A stretch of DNA of 64,000 bases from Verrucomicrobiota bacterium (GCA_016871535.1 VHCZ01000001.1:22733-86732); one strand, 5' to 3'; shown: positions 1 to 12,830, counted from the first letter of the stretch. A program made the numbers and translations. The notes: generated by a model from the letters alone, not told the origin.

Positions 1-110
1 CGTTGGCTCGCTTCTCATGTTTCCAAGAAACCCCTCTCTCAGGCCGTAGGTGTGCCGCTTCAAACGGGGGGCCGAGTGAACCATCGCTTCGGACAGGCAG
101 GATGCACGCC

Positions 111-2785
111 CTACTTTGAGTGGCTCCTGGCTGCGTCGGGCGTGGCCGGCATTTTCGAAAGGTCCGCTCCCTTTACCGGCGGATTGAACGACGCCGAACT
201 GTTGGTCCTGCCGGGCGTTTGGCCGGCTGCCGCAAAATAGCGGACTAACCGCTGAAGATTGACGTCCATCGTCGGCGGCCCTTTGTCGCTTCTCGATGCG
301 TTGGCCGGTTGGGTGGGGAGCGTGAGGACTTCGACACCGCTGTCTGCTCGCCAGACCTTTGCTGTTTGATCATCGCTCCCTGTAACAATCCATTGGCCGT
401 CTGGTGAAAATGCCACGGCATAGATGCGGCCGTTGTGTCCTTTCAGCGTGGCTGTTTCTTTGCCGCTCTCTGTCTGCCAAACTCTTGCTGTGTGATCATC
501 GCTGCCTGTGACAATCCGCTGGCTATCTGGGGAAAATGACACCGCGTTAATGGCCCCGTTGTGTCCCGCGAAAACGATCAGCCTGTGTCCGCTCTTCGCA
601 TCCCACAACGTCGCCCTGCCGTCGAAACCGCCGCTCGCAATCCATTGATCGTTCGGCGAGTAAGCCACGCTCGAAATACGATCGCGGTCGCCTTGTCCTA
701 TGAGGCTATCCCCGCGAATTACGAGGGCAAAGAGCTGTTCGCCGGTCGATGCATCCCAAACCCGTGGTGTCGCTCCTAGTGGTCCACCGAACAGTCCAAA
801 CTGGCGAACGATCTGTTCGTATCGATCTACCTCAATTGATGGAACCGCAAAAAAAATTCACTCCAGCGCTGACGATGCGCCGAGAATCCGGAGAAAACGC
901 CACTGAGAAAGTCATGCCGCGGTCTGATGTGAAGCTGAGAAGTTCTCTAGCGCTGGCTACGTCCCAAATTCTTATTGTTCCAAGAGGCGGGCGAGGGGCG
1001 GAAGAATTGAAACCGGCAGTGGCGAGCGAGTGGCCGTCGGGCGACATCGCCGCCGAGATGATCGATCTCTGCTCCTTGAGCATCACAAGTTTCTTCCCCG
1101 ACGCGGCGTCCCAAATTATAGCAGTATCGCCTTTGGCAATTTCTTGAGCGGTATTACCAGTCCCAGCAGTGACAATTCGCTGGCCGTCGGGCGATATTGC
1201 CACGGCGTTAACCAAAAAATGCCCGCGGAGTGTCATTAGCTCCAGATGAGTCTGTTTCTGCCAGTAATACCACTCAAAGCCGCGGTCTGGATAATCCGTC
1301 GTTTCTTCCAGGATCTGGCGGACTAGCCCGACGTTGTTCTGCGCCCAGGCAAGCTGCGCCTGGTTCATGTTTGAAACATAGAGATTGTGCTGCGCTTGCT
1401 TACGGAGTTGCTCGGACCGAAAGTAAAGCGCAGTCATTCCGATGATTCCGAGAAACAAGGCCGCAGCGACCGCCGCTGCACCAGCGAAAGCCACCCTGTT
1501 TCGCCGCACCATTTTTCGGAATCGATAGCCCATGCTCGGCGCAACTGCCGTCACCGGTTCGTCGTTGAGAAAATGCTTGATGTCACTGGCAAAACCGTTG
1601 GCCGTCTCGTAGCGGTGGGCCCGATCCTTCTCCAGTGCTTTCATTACGATCCAGTCCAGATCCCCGCGAATTATCAGGCCCAGCTTCTTGGGATCGGCCC
1701 GGCGTTGACTGGCCACGCGCGTCTGTTCCTCGTCTTGCATCGTGCTCAGTCGCGTCGAGGGCTTCGGTGGTTCGACCTCTCGAATCACCCGCAAGATTTC
1801 GTTGTAACCGGCGCTGAGCAGAGCTTTCGTGTCGAACGGCGTCTGGCCGGTGAGCAGTTCGTAGAGCAACACGCCCAGGGCGTAGATGTCGCTGCGCGTG
1901 TCAATGTCCAGCCCGCTCAAGCTGGCTTGTTCCGGGCTCATGTAAGCAGGCGTGCCGATGAATTGCTGGAATTGCGTGAAGAGCGTTTTCTCGGTGAGCC
2001 GCTGCTGTGTCGATTTGGCGATGCCGAAGTCGATCACCTTCGGCACCGGGTCGTCGCAATCAGCGTCACCAGCACGTTCGAGGGCTTGAGGTCGCGGTGA
2101 ATCACGCCTTTCTGATGCGCATGTTGAACCGCGGAGCAAACCTGAATGAACAGCTCCAGCCGCTGCGTGGTGTCGAGCTTGGCTTCGTCGCAAAAGCGGG
2201 TGATGGAATGCCCTGGACTAATTCCATCACAAAATAGGGACGACCCGCGGAAAGATGCTGGGGACCCTCACCCCCAACCCCTCTCCCATCCGATGGGAGA
2301 GGGTGGTCGGAGACCGGGTGAGGGCTCTCCGTCGCGCCGGCGTCCAGCACTTTCGCGATGTTCGGATGGTCCATGAGCGTGAGCGCCTGGCGCTCGGCCT
2401 CGAACCGCGCCACCACCTGGCGGGTGTCCATGCCGAGCTTGATAATTTTGAGCGCGACCTTGCGGATGACCGGCTCCTGTTGCTCGGCCATATAGACCAC
2501 GCCCATGCCGCCTTCGCCGATTTGCTGGAGCAATTTGTACCGGCCAATGCGGTCGCCTGGTTTCTCGGTCAGTCCGCTTTCGGACTGGAGGGTCGGAACA
2601 AGCTCGGTCGCGTCACTGTTGAGGAAGCCCCCGGCGGCATCATGGGCACGGAGCAACTTCTCCACCCGCTGCTGCAATTCGGCATCCTCCCCGCAAGCGC
2701 GCCGGACGAATGCCGCGCGTTCGCCGGGAGCGGGAATCTCGATGGCTTGATTGAAGATCTGTTCGATGCGGTCGTTAGCACTCAT
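111..2785 (-). pseudogene. Ser/Thr protein kinase with C-terminal WD40 repeats, disrupted
   Basis: Kinase motifs GEGGMGVVY, VALKII, HPNIAKVLD and [10 protein letters not shown] lie in ORF 2102..2785. The catalytic loop [11 protein letters not shown] is readable only in another frame (about 2066-2200). DFGIAK, GTPAYMSPEQ and then WD40 blades (SPDGxxIVT, VWD) follow in ORFs 832..2193 and 111..668. The gene needs at least three frame changes: near 2200-2210, near 2060-2066 and at the A8 run 850-857. It also carries a 60-bp palindromic insert at 2265-2324. Confidence 0.8.
2265..2324. repeat. 60-bp palindromic element (short member of the CCCTCACCCC/GGGGTGAGGG family) inside the kinase CDS
   Basis: CCCTCACCC-ccaa-CCCTCTCCCATccgATGGGAGAGGG-...-GGGTGAGGG. 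60 bp equals 20 codons and is in frame. It adds roughly [21 protein letters not shown] between VLDAGAT and [10 protein letters not shown]. Confidence 0.8.
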
Positions 2786-3087
2786 TGGACAGTTCAGTTT
2801 GTTTCTTCTCTACAGTGCGCCGTCAGGCCGGAAAAAGGACCAGCCACAGATAAAACTTTTCGTTGCGGGCCGATGCCCTCAGAACGGCAATTCATTTAAC
2901 CACAGAGATCGCAGAGAAAAGAAGATGAGCAAGACCAGCGTTTCACCTGCCGGGTGATGGGGTCCGACGCCTGAACTGTTTGCCCTTCTTTGTGTTCTCT
3001 GCGCTCTCTGTGGTTGAACCGCTTTTTCCAGTTTAACAGGAGAAAACGGGGCGAGGATGGCTATTTCGATTAGCTCTGTTTTCTCAG

Positions 3088-3684
3088 TTACCTCCGGTTT
3101 GGAGATTCCAGGGTGGACGTGGTTTCGTCGTAAAGCCAGGCGCGGGCGTAGGTCCAGTGGCGTTTGACGGTTGTCACGGAGATGCCGAGCAATGCGGCGG
3201 CTTCTTCGTTGGTCAGTCCAGCGAAAAACCGGAGTTTAACCAGGCGCGCTTTCTCCGGGTCTTCCGCTTCGAGTTTTTCGAGAGCTTCGTTGACCAACAG
3301 TACCTCGTCGGGCGCGGTCTCTGCCGCCACCGTCACGCTTTCAAGATCCAGTGGCCTTTGACCGCCGCCGCGACGCAATCGAGCTTTCGCGCGAGCGCGT
3401 TCGATTAAGATTCGCCGCATGGCTTCCGCCGCTGCGCCAAAGAAATGTCCGCGGCTGTTCCACTGGTGCCCGGCTTCATTTCCGACCAGCCGCAGCCAGG
3501 CCTCATGGACAAGCGCGGTGGGCTGAAGGGTTTGGCCGGGCGGTTCGCTGGCCATCTTATGCGCCGCAAGTTTGCGGAGCTCTTCATAGACCAGGGGAAG
3601 GAGTTGATCGGCGGCTTGAGCATGGCCCTGCTGGATCGCGTCTAAAATCTGGGTGACTTCGCTCATCGCTGGTTTCGACCGCAC
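3088..3684 (-). CDS. ECF-type RNA polymerase sigma factor (PVC/Acidobacteria Sigma70_ECF type)
   Basis: Blocks ADQLLPLVYEELRKLA, TLQPTALVHEAWLRL and WNSRGHFFGAAAEAMRRILIERAR, plus the C-terminal HTH LTNEEAAALLGISVTTVKRHW. ATG at 3666 (MSEVTQIL) is the likelier start. It lies directly upstream of the kinase on the same strand. Confidence 0.9.
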   Translation of the reverse strand: MRSKPAMSEVTQILDAIQQGHAQAADQLLPLVYEELRKLAAHKMASEPPGQTLQPTALVHEAWLRLVGNEAGHQWNSRGHFFGAAAEAMRRILIERARAKARLRRGGGQRPLDLESVTVAAETAPDEVLLVNEALEKLEAEDPEKARLVKLRFFAGLTNEEAAALLGISVTTVKRHWTYARAWLYDETTSTLESPNRR

Positions 3685-3833
3685 CCCTTGTAGCCCAGTT
3701 CAGATCAAAACCCAATCCCAATTGTCAACGGTTCAAGCCACGCCTCACGATTAGTCAGAGACGTGGTGAAAGGCGTCCGGACCGATGACAACTCTCTGGC
3801 TCAGGTTCGTATAGGATCCGCTCCCGGTTGCGA

Positions 3834-4140
3834 TCAGTTTGGCGGTGCGCACTTGATACAGCGCGCGAACTGCCAGAGGGGAAGCATCCGTGAATGCGGT
3901 TTCGAGAATAGGTTCCCCTCCATCAGCCACACCAGGTTGCGGCCGTTCCTGTGCCGCCAGAGCAGATCGGTGTTGCCCAGCAGATTGAACACGCCGGTTC
4001 CCGTGAGTTGCCAGCCGAGATCCGGCTGAGGCTCGAACTCGAGGCTCCGCGCCAGTTCCATTCCATTCAGCAACCAGATCATGTTGCGTCCGGAACGCCG
4101 GTCGCGCCAGACCAGGTCGGTGTAATCAACCTGTAGAGCC
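3834..4140 (-). pseudogene. FG-GAP/VCBS-repeat protein fragment
   Basis: Two tandem units of the DLVWR-x4-G-x-N-x2-WL-x2-G type (DYTDLVWRDRRSGRNMIWLLNG and DLLWRHRNGRNLVWLMEG). Only about 100 codons remain, and the 5' side abuts the palindrome at 4141. Confidence 0.4.
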
Positions 4141-4225
4141 GGTAGGACGAGCCCGTCCCGGCGAGCCGGGGCCGACGTATTGGGAACACGTTGGAGGCGG
4201 CTCGCTGGGACAGGCTCGCCCTACC
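4141..4225. repeat. 85-bp long imperfect palindrome, GGTAGGGCGAGCC family (REPIN-like), copy 1 of 4
   Basis: GGTAGGaCGAGCCcGTCCCgGCGAGCCG...CGGCTCGCTGGGACaGGCTCGCCCTACC. Other copies are at 27358, 40327 and 56106. Confidence 0.85.
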
Positions 4226-4285
4226 GAAGTCAAACCGAGAAGTGCGGGAATCACGCGCTCAATTCTCCTTTTCAAAGTTACGCTG

Positions 4286-5830
4286 ATGAAGAAAGATTCT
4301 TGCGCACAGACCGCACAGACAAAATCGGAGTTCGAACCGAAATCGCTTATGGCAGACACCGCCGAAGGCAATCACCGCCTCTCAAAGAAGGAATACGAGA
4401 GGCTCTTGCCTGATCTCCGCGCCCGCCTGGTCCAGGCCCAATCGGCTCTGCGCCAGGCGAATTTTTCTGTCGTCATTATCATTTCCGGAGTGGACGGCGC
4501 GGGCAAAGGCGAAGTCGTGCAGCGGCTCAACGAATGGCTCGACCCGCGCGGCGTCGATACGCAGGCATTTTGGCAGGCCACGGATGAAGAGCGCGAACGG
4601 CCGCCTTATTGGCGCTTCTGGCGGACGCTGCCGGCGCGGGGGCGACTCGGGATTTTCGTGGGTTCGTGGTACAGCCAGCCGCTGGTGGATCGGGTTTATG
4701 GAAAAACCCGGAATTCCCATCTCGATCGCGCTTTGAAGCGGATTGCGGATTTCGAGCGCACCCTGGCCGAGGACGGAACGCTGATTCTCAAGTTCGCCTT
4801 GCATCTTTCCAAGAAGGACCAGCGCCGTCGGCTCCGCGACCTGGAGAGGAATCCCGAAACGCATTGGCGCGTCCTGCCGAGCGACTGGAAACACCACCAG
4901 CTCTACGACCGGTTCACGCAGACGGCTGAGAAAGTGATCCGGCAGACCCACGGCCCAAAGACACCGTGGTTCGTTGTGGAGGCCGCCAACCCGCGCGGGC
5001 GCGATATCACCGTCGGACGCCTTCTGCTTAAGTCGCTTCAGGCGCGACTGGCTCAGCGGCGCGACGAAAAGCCAAAGAAAACCTCCTCGCGGCGTCCTGT
5101 TGAAGCCAGGAAGCCCGGGACGAATCTCCTGCGAGAGGTCGATCTCACTCAATCGCTCTCAGACAAGAAATACCACAAACAACTCGGCAAATATCAGGGA
5201 CGGCTCGGACGATTGATCTGGGCGGCCAACGCGCGGAAGATTTCGACAGTAATCGTGTTCGAGGGTTGGGACGCCGCCGGCAAAGGCAGCGCCATTCGGA
5301 GGCTGACGGAAGCGATGGATCCGAGGCTTTACCGGATCATTCCCACCGCGGCGCCGAATGATGAGGAACGCGCCCACCATTATCTCTGGCGCTTCTGGCG
5401 ACACATCCCCAGAGCGGGGCTGTGCACGATTTTTGACCGGTCCTGGTACGGACGTTTGCTGGTGGAACGCGTAGAAGGCTTCGCTCGCCCGGAGGAATGG
5501 AAGCGCGCGTATCAAGAGATCAAGGAGTTCGAGGAGCAACTCGCCGAGAGCGGGATTGTCGTGGTCAAGTTTTGGATTCACATCAGCAAGGCCGAACAAT
5601 TGCGGCGGTTCAAGAAGCGCCAGGAGATTTCCTACAAACGTTACAAGATCACGGAAGAGGACTGGCGGAACCGGCGCCAATGGGGCGCGTACGAGCAGGC
5701 GGTGAATGAGATGGTCTTAAAGACCAGCACGGAATCCTGGAGTTGGACATTGGTCGCGGGCAATGACAAGAGATTTGCCCGAATCCAAATCTTGAAAACC
5801 CTTTGCCTCAGTCTGGGGAGAGCACTTTAG
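4286..5830 (+). CDS. ppk2: Two-domain polyphosphate kinase 2 (polyphosphate:AMP phosphotransferase-like)
   Basis: Two tandem PPK2 domains, each with a P-loop (GVDGAGKG; GWDAAGKG) and an RFW...SWY block (YWRFWRTLP...GSWYSQ; LWRFWRHIP...DRSWYGR). The start could be ATG 4286 or ATG 4349. Confidence 0.9.
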   Translation: MKKDSCAQTAQTKSEFEPKSLMADTAEGNHRLSKKEYERLLPDLRARLVQAQSALRQANFSVVIIISGVDGAGKGEVVQRLNEWLDPRGVDTQAFWQATDEERERPPYWRFWRTLPARGRLGIFVGSWYSQPLVDRVYGKTRNSHLDRALKRIADFERTLAEDGTLILKFALHLSKKDQRRRLRDLERNPETHWRVLPSDWKHHQLYDRFTQTAEKVIRQTHGPKTPWFVVEAANPRGRDITVGRLLLKSLQARLAQRRDEKPKKTSSRRPVEARKPGTNLLREVDLTQSLSDKKYHKQLGKYQGRLGRLIWAANARKISTVIVFEGWDAAGKGSAIRRLTEAMDPRLYRIIPTAAPNDEERAHHYLWRFWRHIPRAGLCTIFDRSWYGRLLVERVEGFARPEEWKRAYQEIKEFEEQLAESGIVVVKFWIHISKAEQLRRFKKRQEISYKRYKITEEDWRNRRQWGAYEQAVNEMVLKTSTESWSWTLVAGNDKRFARIQILKTLCLSLGRAL

Positions 5831-5935
5831 TCGATTACTTCGGTTCCCCACTAACAAATCTTGCCTTGGGGAGGGGTCCTCATAAGATGCGCGTCATCCT
5901 GACACAACTCCCGGCGAGTTTAACGGAAGCGAAGC

Positions 5936-6940
5936 ATGATTCGGTCGTTTGCATTTACGACGCAAGGCCGCCTGCACACGAAGGACATCGAGATGTTCTT
6001 GATGCCGACGCTGTTGGCGGACACGAATCTTTTCCTCTGGGTGGACCTGGAGAACCCGGCTTCGGAAGAGACAAAATCGCTCCTGGAAGATGTTTTCCAT
6101 TTCCATCCGCTCTCCATTGAGGACTGCGTCGCGGCCAGTCCGTCTCCGAAAATCGAGGAATATATCCCGAAGGAAGAAGACCGGTTTTCGCCGTATCTGT
6201 TCATGGTGATCCACGCGGTGGACTACAGCCGGAAGGACGGCGTGTTCGCGACCAGCGAGTTGAATTTCTTCCTGGGAAAGAACTTCTTGGTCACTTATCA
6301 CGACGTGCCGCTGCGGAGCATCGCGTCGGTGGAGGAACGCTGCATGCGGAGCACGGTTCACATCGCCCGCGCGCCCGACCGCGTGGCCCATACGATCCTG
6401 GATTCGATCGTCGATAACTACAAACCTGCGCTGGAGGAACTGTCCCTGGAGATTGGCGAATTGGAGACGATGGCTCTGCAAAGCCCGAGCGCGGCGACGC
6501 TGAACAAGATTCTGCAGATCAAGAAAGAGGTGCTGCACCTGCGCCAGATCATCGGGCCACAGCGGGAGGTTCTGGCGCGGTTTGCCCGGGGCGAATTCAA
6601 ACTCATCCGCGCCCATCTGGTCCCGTATTACCGGGACGTCTATGATGCGCTGTTCCACATTTCGGAGCTGGCGCAGAATTACACGGATTCCTTGACCGGG
6701 ATTCTCCAGGTTTATCTGAACATGTCGTCGAACCAGACCGGCGAGGTCGTCAAGCTCCTGACCATGATCACGGTGATCACAACCCCGTTCATGATGGTTG
6801 GTACCTGGTACGGGATGAATTTCAAGAACATGCCCGAACTGGATTGGCCGGCGGGTTATTCGTTGGCCGCCCTGGCCACGGGTTTGTCCACGGCAGGGAC
6901 GTACTGGTATTTTAAGAAACGGGGATGGTTTCGGAGGTGA
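5936..6940 (+). CDS. corA: CorA-family Mg2+/Co2+ transporter
   Basis: C-terminal YGMNF (GMN motif) flanked by two TM helices, with a CorA-like cytoplasmic N-domain. Confidence 0.9.
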   Translation: MIRSFAFTTQGRLHTKDIEMFLMPTLLADTNLFLWVDLENPASEETKSLLEDVFHFHPLSIEDCVAASPSPKIEEYIPKEEDRFSPYLFMVIHAVDYSRKDGVFATSELNFFLGKNFLVTYHDVPLRSIASVEERCMRSTVHIARAPDRVAHTILDSIVDNYKPALEELSLEIGELETMALQSPSAATLNKILQIKKEVLHLRQIIGPQREVLARFARGEFKLIRAHLVPYYRDVYDALFHISELAQNYTDSLTGILQVYLNMSSNQTGEVVKLLTMITVITTPFMMVGTWYGMNFKNMPELDWPAGYSLAALATGLSTAGTYWYFKKRGWFRR

Positions 6941-6943
6941 CCG

Positions 6944-8189
6944 ATGGCGTCCGCGAAATCCAGTTTTCTTGACAAAGTTCTGGGCCGGATTGGCCGCCTG
7001 GACACGCACGGCCTGCAAGCGGTCGTGCAACGCCTGGCGCGCGAGCGCAGTTTCCTCGAAACGTTGTTTAACACCATCGAGGACGGCGTTCTCGTCGTGG
7101 ATGAAGACGGAGAAATCATCTATCTGAATCAGGCGGTGGCCAATTTGCTCGGCGTGCAACCGGGAGCGGCCGAAGGCCAGCATATCTCCCGATATCTCCC
7201 GCAGTTGAACTGGCAGGAACTGACCCATTTGGATCGCGCCGGGGGAAGAAAAGTGATTCGGCATGAATTCGAGATCTCCTATCCGCGAGAGCGTTTTGTG
7301 CGGTTGTATGCCGCGCCGTTGGACGGAGAGACCATTGGCAGCGCCGGTCTGGCTTTGATCCTGCACGACGCCACGGAAGCGCGGCAAAAGACGTTTGAAG
7401 CCATCGAGAGCGAACGCATTCAGGCGCTCACCTTGTTGGCCGCGAGCGTGGCCCACGAAATCGGGAACCCTCTCAACGCGCTCAACCTCCATCTGCAACT
7501 CATGGAGCGCCAGCTCAAGAAGCTCAAACGCCGGTCGAGCCGTTTTCCGCGGAACGGGGCGGCTCAGGCCAGGGTTGAGGAACCTCTGGACCCGGCCGAA
7601 GTCGATGAAGTCGCCGGGAAGCTGGAAGAATTCCTGAGTGTCGCCAAGGGCGAAATCGAGCGGCTGGACTACATCATCACGCAATTCCTGCAGGCCATTC
7701 GCCCGACTCAACCCCAGGTCAAGATGGCTTGCCTGAACGACGTCGTGCACCAGACTCTGGATTTGCTCCGCCTGGAATTTGAAAACCGCGGGCAAACCGT
7801 CCAGGAAAAACTTGCGCCTGCGATCCCCCAGGCGCCCATCGATCCTCTCCAGATCAAGCAGGTGCTGGTGAATCTGGCCAAGAACGCAATGCAGGCCATG
7901 AGCAAGGGCGGCATCCTGACCGTCCAAACGGGCGCGACCCCGGATGAGGTCTGGGTCAGCCTCTCCGACACCGGCCGGGGCATTCCCGAAGAGCAACTCA
8001 ACCGCATCTTCGATCCGTTCTACACGACCAAAAAGAAAGGGTCGGGATTGGGTTTGATGATCGTGCAACGGATCGTCCGCGCCCACCGGGGCATCATTGA
8101 ACTGGATAGCCGCGTGGGCCGCGGCACGACCTTCCGAGTGCGGTTGCCGCTGCGGGAACGCCAGACGCGTCTGCTGGAGTCCGGCCGCC

Positions 8190-8197
<8 letters not shown>
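6944..8197 (+). CDS. Soluble PAS-domain sensor histidine kinase
   Basis: PAS-like N-domain (LFNTIEDGVLVVDEDGEIIYLNQA), H-box SVAHEIGNPLNAL, and ATPase boxes NLAKNAMQAM, DTGRGIP and GSGLGLMIV. No TM segment seen. It starts 4 nt after the corA stop. Confidence 0.9.
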
Positions 8198-9562
<1,365 letters not shown>

Positions 9563-9566
<4 letters not shown>

Positions 9567-11374
9567 TACCCGGCATTCAGGAATGGATTCATAGGTTCGA
9601 GGTCGGTGAAGGCACGCGCCACGTAAAGCTGGTGGCCGTCATTCTGGGCCTGCTCGCCTTGGCCGCCTTTTACGATGTCCGCAACTTTAAGAACTTTGCG
9701 ACCCAGGAGGCCATGGATACGGCGCAGCTTGGGCGGAACATTGCCGAAGGAAAGGGGTTCACGACGGATTTCATCCGGCCGTTGAGCATTCATTTGATCC
9801 AGAGTCACCGAGGCGATGACAGTTCGGTTCTCAAGGAGCGCTTGCCCGATTTGTCCAATCCGCCCGTTTACCCTCTGTTGCTAAGCGGACTGATGAAAGT
9901 CCTGCCCTTTCGGTATGAGATTCCGGCGAGCACTCGGTTCTGGCGACATCAACCGGAGATGCTCGTCGCGTTTTTCAACCAGGCGCTGTTTTTCCTGGCC
10001 GTCTTCCTGGTTTTTCGGCTGGCGCGACGGTTGTTTGATGAAGCCGTGGCCTGGGTCTCCGCGCTGATCTTCGCGGGCACTCATCTGTTTTGGCGACTCA
10101 GCGTCTCCGGGCTTTCCACCCTGCTGCTGGTGGTGCTGTTTCTGGGCTTGATCTGGTGTTTGATCGAGGCGGAAGAAAAAAACCGCGCGGAGGTCCGAAG
10201 TACCGGGTGGTTCATCGCCCTGGCCCTGGCTGCCGGCGCGCTTGTGGGGGTCGGTGGTCTCACTCGCTACTCGTTTGGCTGGCTGATTCTTCCGGTCGCG
10301 GGTTTCTTTGCGATCTACTTTGGGCCGAAACGGGGCGCGCTCGTCGCTGCCGCACTCGGCGCTTTTCTGGTTATCATGGCGCCGTGGCTCATCCGCAATT
10401 ATCAGATCAGCGGCACGCTATTTGGAACCGCGGGATTTGCGATCTACCAGGGAACCACGGAGCCATTGGAAGGGAACCGATTGGAGCGTTTCCTCACCCG
10501 AGAAGTGGACGCGGAATTAGGGCGAGTCGAAGCCGAATCCTTCATTCGCAAACTCTTCGTCAACTCCAGTGCCATCCTCGAAAAAGAACTGCCCACCCTG
10601 GGCGGAAGCTGGACCACGGTCTTTTTCCTGGCAGGGCTGCTCCTCCCCTTTCGGAACGCGGCGCTCAATCGGATCCGGCTGTTTGTGGTCATGTGTCTGG
10701 GCGTTCTCGTCATCGTCCAGGCCCTGGGGAAAACCCATCTCAGTACGGATGTTCCGGAAGTGAACTCGGAAAACCTCCTGGTGTTGCTCGCGCCGATGGT
10801 TTTTGTCTTCGGGGTCGGAATGTATTTCATCCTGCTGGATCAGGTGAACCTGCCCTTCCCTCAGTTGCGATCGGCGGTAACGACGGTTTTCGGCCTGGTG
10901 GCTTGTTCGCCGCTGATATTTGCGTTGCTCCCTCCCAAACCGCACCCGCTTGCTTACCCCCCGTACTGGCCTCCCGTGATTCGGGCGGACATCGCGGAGT
11001 GGATGCGGGAGGACGAGTTGATCATGAGCGACATGCCGTGGGCCGTCGCCTGGTACGGGCAGCGGCAGTCAGTTTGGGTGACTCTTGACGCGCCAGACGA
11101 TACGCGCCCTGCCATCACGAGTGATTTCTTCAGGATCAATGATGGTCAGAAGCCAATCTACGCGCTCTACCTGACGACGTTCACGAGCGACGCGCGGTTC
11201 TATTCGCAGATTTTGAAAGAGAAGCGGTACGACTGGGGCAAGTTCATGGTGGAAAGTCTGGCAAAGCACAACGTGCCGAAAATCTTTCCGTTGAAGAAGG
11301 CGCCTTCCGGTTTTATGCAGAACGGACAACTCTTTTTGGCGGATCGCGTGCGTTGGAAGGAGTCCACGCATTAA
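9563..11374 (+). CDS. Polytopic membrane protein, GT-C fold glycosyltransferase-like (ArnT/PMT_2-like)
   Basis: Many TM helices. The first-loop motif EAMDTAQLGRNIAEGKGF resembles the Asp-containing catalytic loop of GT39/GT83-type enzymes. ATG 9563 overlaps the regulator stop (ATGA). Confidence 0.6.
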
Positions 11375-11406
11375 CCGTCTGGAGAGAGATTTGCCAAGAT
11401 TTCTAA

Positions 11407-11435
11407 TTGACAACCCATTCCTCAAAACGTAAAAA
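11407..11435 (+). promoter_or_regulatory. Candidate sigma-70 promoter for the OMP/export genes
   Basis: TTGACA (11407-11412), 17-nt spacer, TAAAAA (11430-11435), about 60 nt upstream of the OMP start. Sequence-only prediction. Confidence 0.3.
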
Positions 11436-11493
11436 AGACGCACTTCAAGAGAACGGTTCTTGGGCCAATTTAGTTGAATTTAGGACTTACGAT

Positions 11494-12771
11494 ATGAAAA
11501 GACTACTCACATCGGCGGGGTTAGTTGCGTTTGGAGCGGCCAACTTGCAAGCACAGCATGCAGCCGCGCCTCAGTTGACCTCCCTCCAAACTACTAAGCC
11601 CTGGAGTGTTTCCGCGTCGTTGCGCGGATTCTACGATGACAACTACGTCACTCGGCCCTCGAGTTCTCCCACCGGCCTGAGCAAGACCGACAGCTTTGGA
11701 TTTGAGTTGAATCCTTCGGTCGGATTCAACTGGGTCCTCCCTCAAACTTACGTTGGACTGAGCTACTCCTACGGTTTGCGCTACTACGAAGACCGCGAGA
11801 GCAATAGCGCCGACCACACTCATCAGGCCGATCTCAAAATCAGCCACGCCTTCAGCGAACAATACAAACTGGACGTCAATGATTCGTTCGTGGCCGCACA
11901 GGAGCCCGAGTTGCTGGCCAAGCCAGGCGGTGGAATCCCGGTGCCCATCCGGGTTGAAGGCGACAATATCCGCAACACCGCGACGGCGAATCTGAACGCG
12001 GGGCTGACCGAAAAGCTGGGCGCGTTGATCGGTTACTCGAACACTTACTACGATTACGAGAAGACCGGCGTCGGCAGTCTTTCCGCCTTGCTCGACCGGA
12101 CCGAGCACCTCTTCACCATCAACGGACGCTGGCAGGCGTTGCCAAGCACCGTCGGGATTCTGGGATACCAATACGGCATGAACCATTACGACGAGGACCA
12201 GACCATTGGCTTCTTCCGCGATGTCCCGGTTCGTAGCGACGCTCGCGACAGCACATCCCATTACATCTACGCCGGAGCCGATCACAGCTTCAATCCTCAG
12301 TTGAATGGTTCGCTCCGCGCGGGCGCGCAGATCACCGATTACGACAATATTTCGAGTGATTCAAAGGTCATTCCTTACGCCGACGCGAGCGCGACCTGGA
12401 CTTACAACCCCGGCAGTTATGTGCGCCTCGGCGTCCGGCATACACGCATGGCCACCGACGTCGCCTTCATTACCGCGGCAACTCCAACGCTCGACCAGGT
12501 AGCAACTACGGCCTACGGCGAAGTCAATCACAAGATCACCGCCAAGTTGAACGGAAACCTCATCGCCCAGTACCAGCGCGGGACTTTCGAGTCGGGCGGC
12601 GCTGATGACAAGTCGGAAGACCTCTTCTTGATCGGCTTGAATGTTTCTTACGAAATCAACAAATTCCTCGCAGCCGAAGCGGGTTACAACTACGATCGTC
12701 TGAGTTCAGACCTGGATGATCGAAGCTTTACGCGCAACCGCGTTTACATTGGAATCCGCGCGACTTACTAG
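11494..12771 (+). CDS. Outer-membrane beta-barrel protein (polysaccharide-locus associated type)
   Basis: Signal peptide MKRLLTSAGLVAFGAANLQAQ, amphipathic beta-strand pattern rich in Y/G/N/D turns, and a C-terminus ...RVYIGIRATY ending in an aromatic residue. Confidence 0.7.
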   Translation: MKRLLTSAGLVAFGAANLQAQHAAAPQLTSLQTTKPWSVSASLRGFYDDNYVTRPSSSPTGLSKTDSFGFELNPSVGFNWVLPQTYVGLSYSYGLRYYEDRESNSADHTHQADLKISHAFSEQYKLDVNDSFVAAQEPELLAKPGGGIPVPIRVEGDNIRNTATANLNAGLTEKLGALIGYSNTYYDYEKTGVGSLSALLDRTEHLFTINGRWQALPSTVGILGYQYGMNHYDEDQTIGFFRDVPVRSDARDSTSHYIYAGADHSFNPQLNGSLRAGAQITDYDNISSDSKVIPYADASATWTYNPGSYVRLGVRHTRMATDVAFITAATPTLDQVATTAYGEVNHKITAKLNGNLIAQYQRGTFESGGADDKSEDLFLIGLNVSYEINKFLAAEAGYNYDRLSSDLDDRSFTRNRVYIGIRATY

Positions 12772-12791
12772 AAAAGATTGAACATTAGTCT

Positions 12792-12827
12792 GGGAGGCTG
12801 GATCGAAACTTCAGCCTCCTTTTTTTT
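12792..12827 (+). terminator. Rho-independent terminator after the OMP gene
   Basis: Stem GGAGGCTG (12793-12800) / CAGCCTCC (12812-12819), 11-nt loop, then T8 (12820-12827). The T-run ends 3 nt before the Wzc-like ATG. Confidence 0.75.
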
Positions 12828-12830
12828 CCT

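Noticed and set aside
11375-12830. A sigma-54 (-24/-12) promoter for the NtrC-type activator upstream of the OMP or Wzc genes.
   Set aside because: There is no TGGCAC-N5-TTGC-like sequence in either gap. The closest, TGGGCCAATTTAGTTGA near 11461, lacks the -12 GC element.
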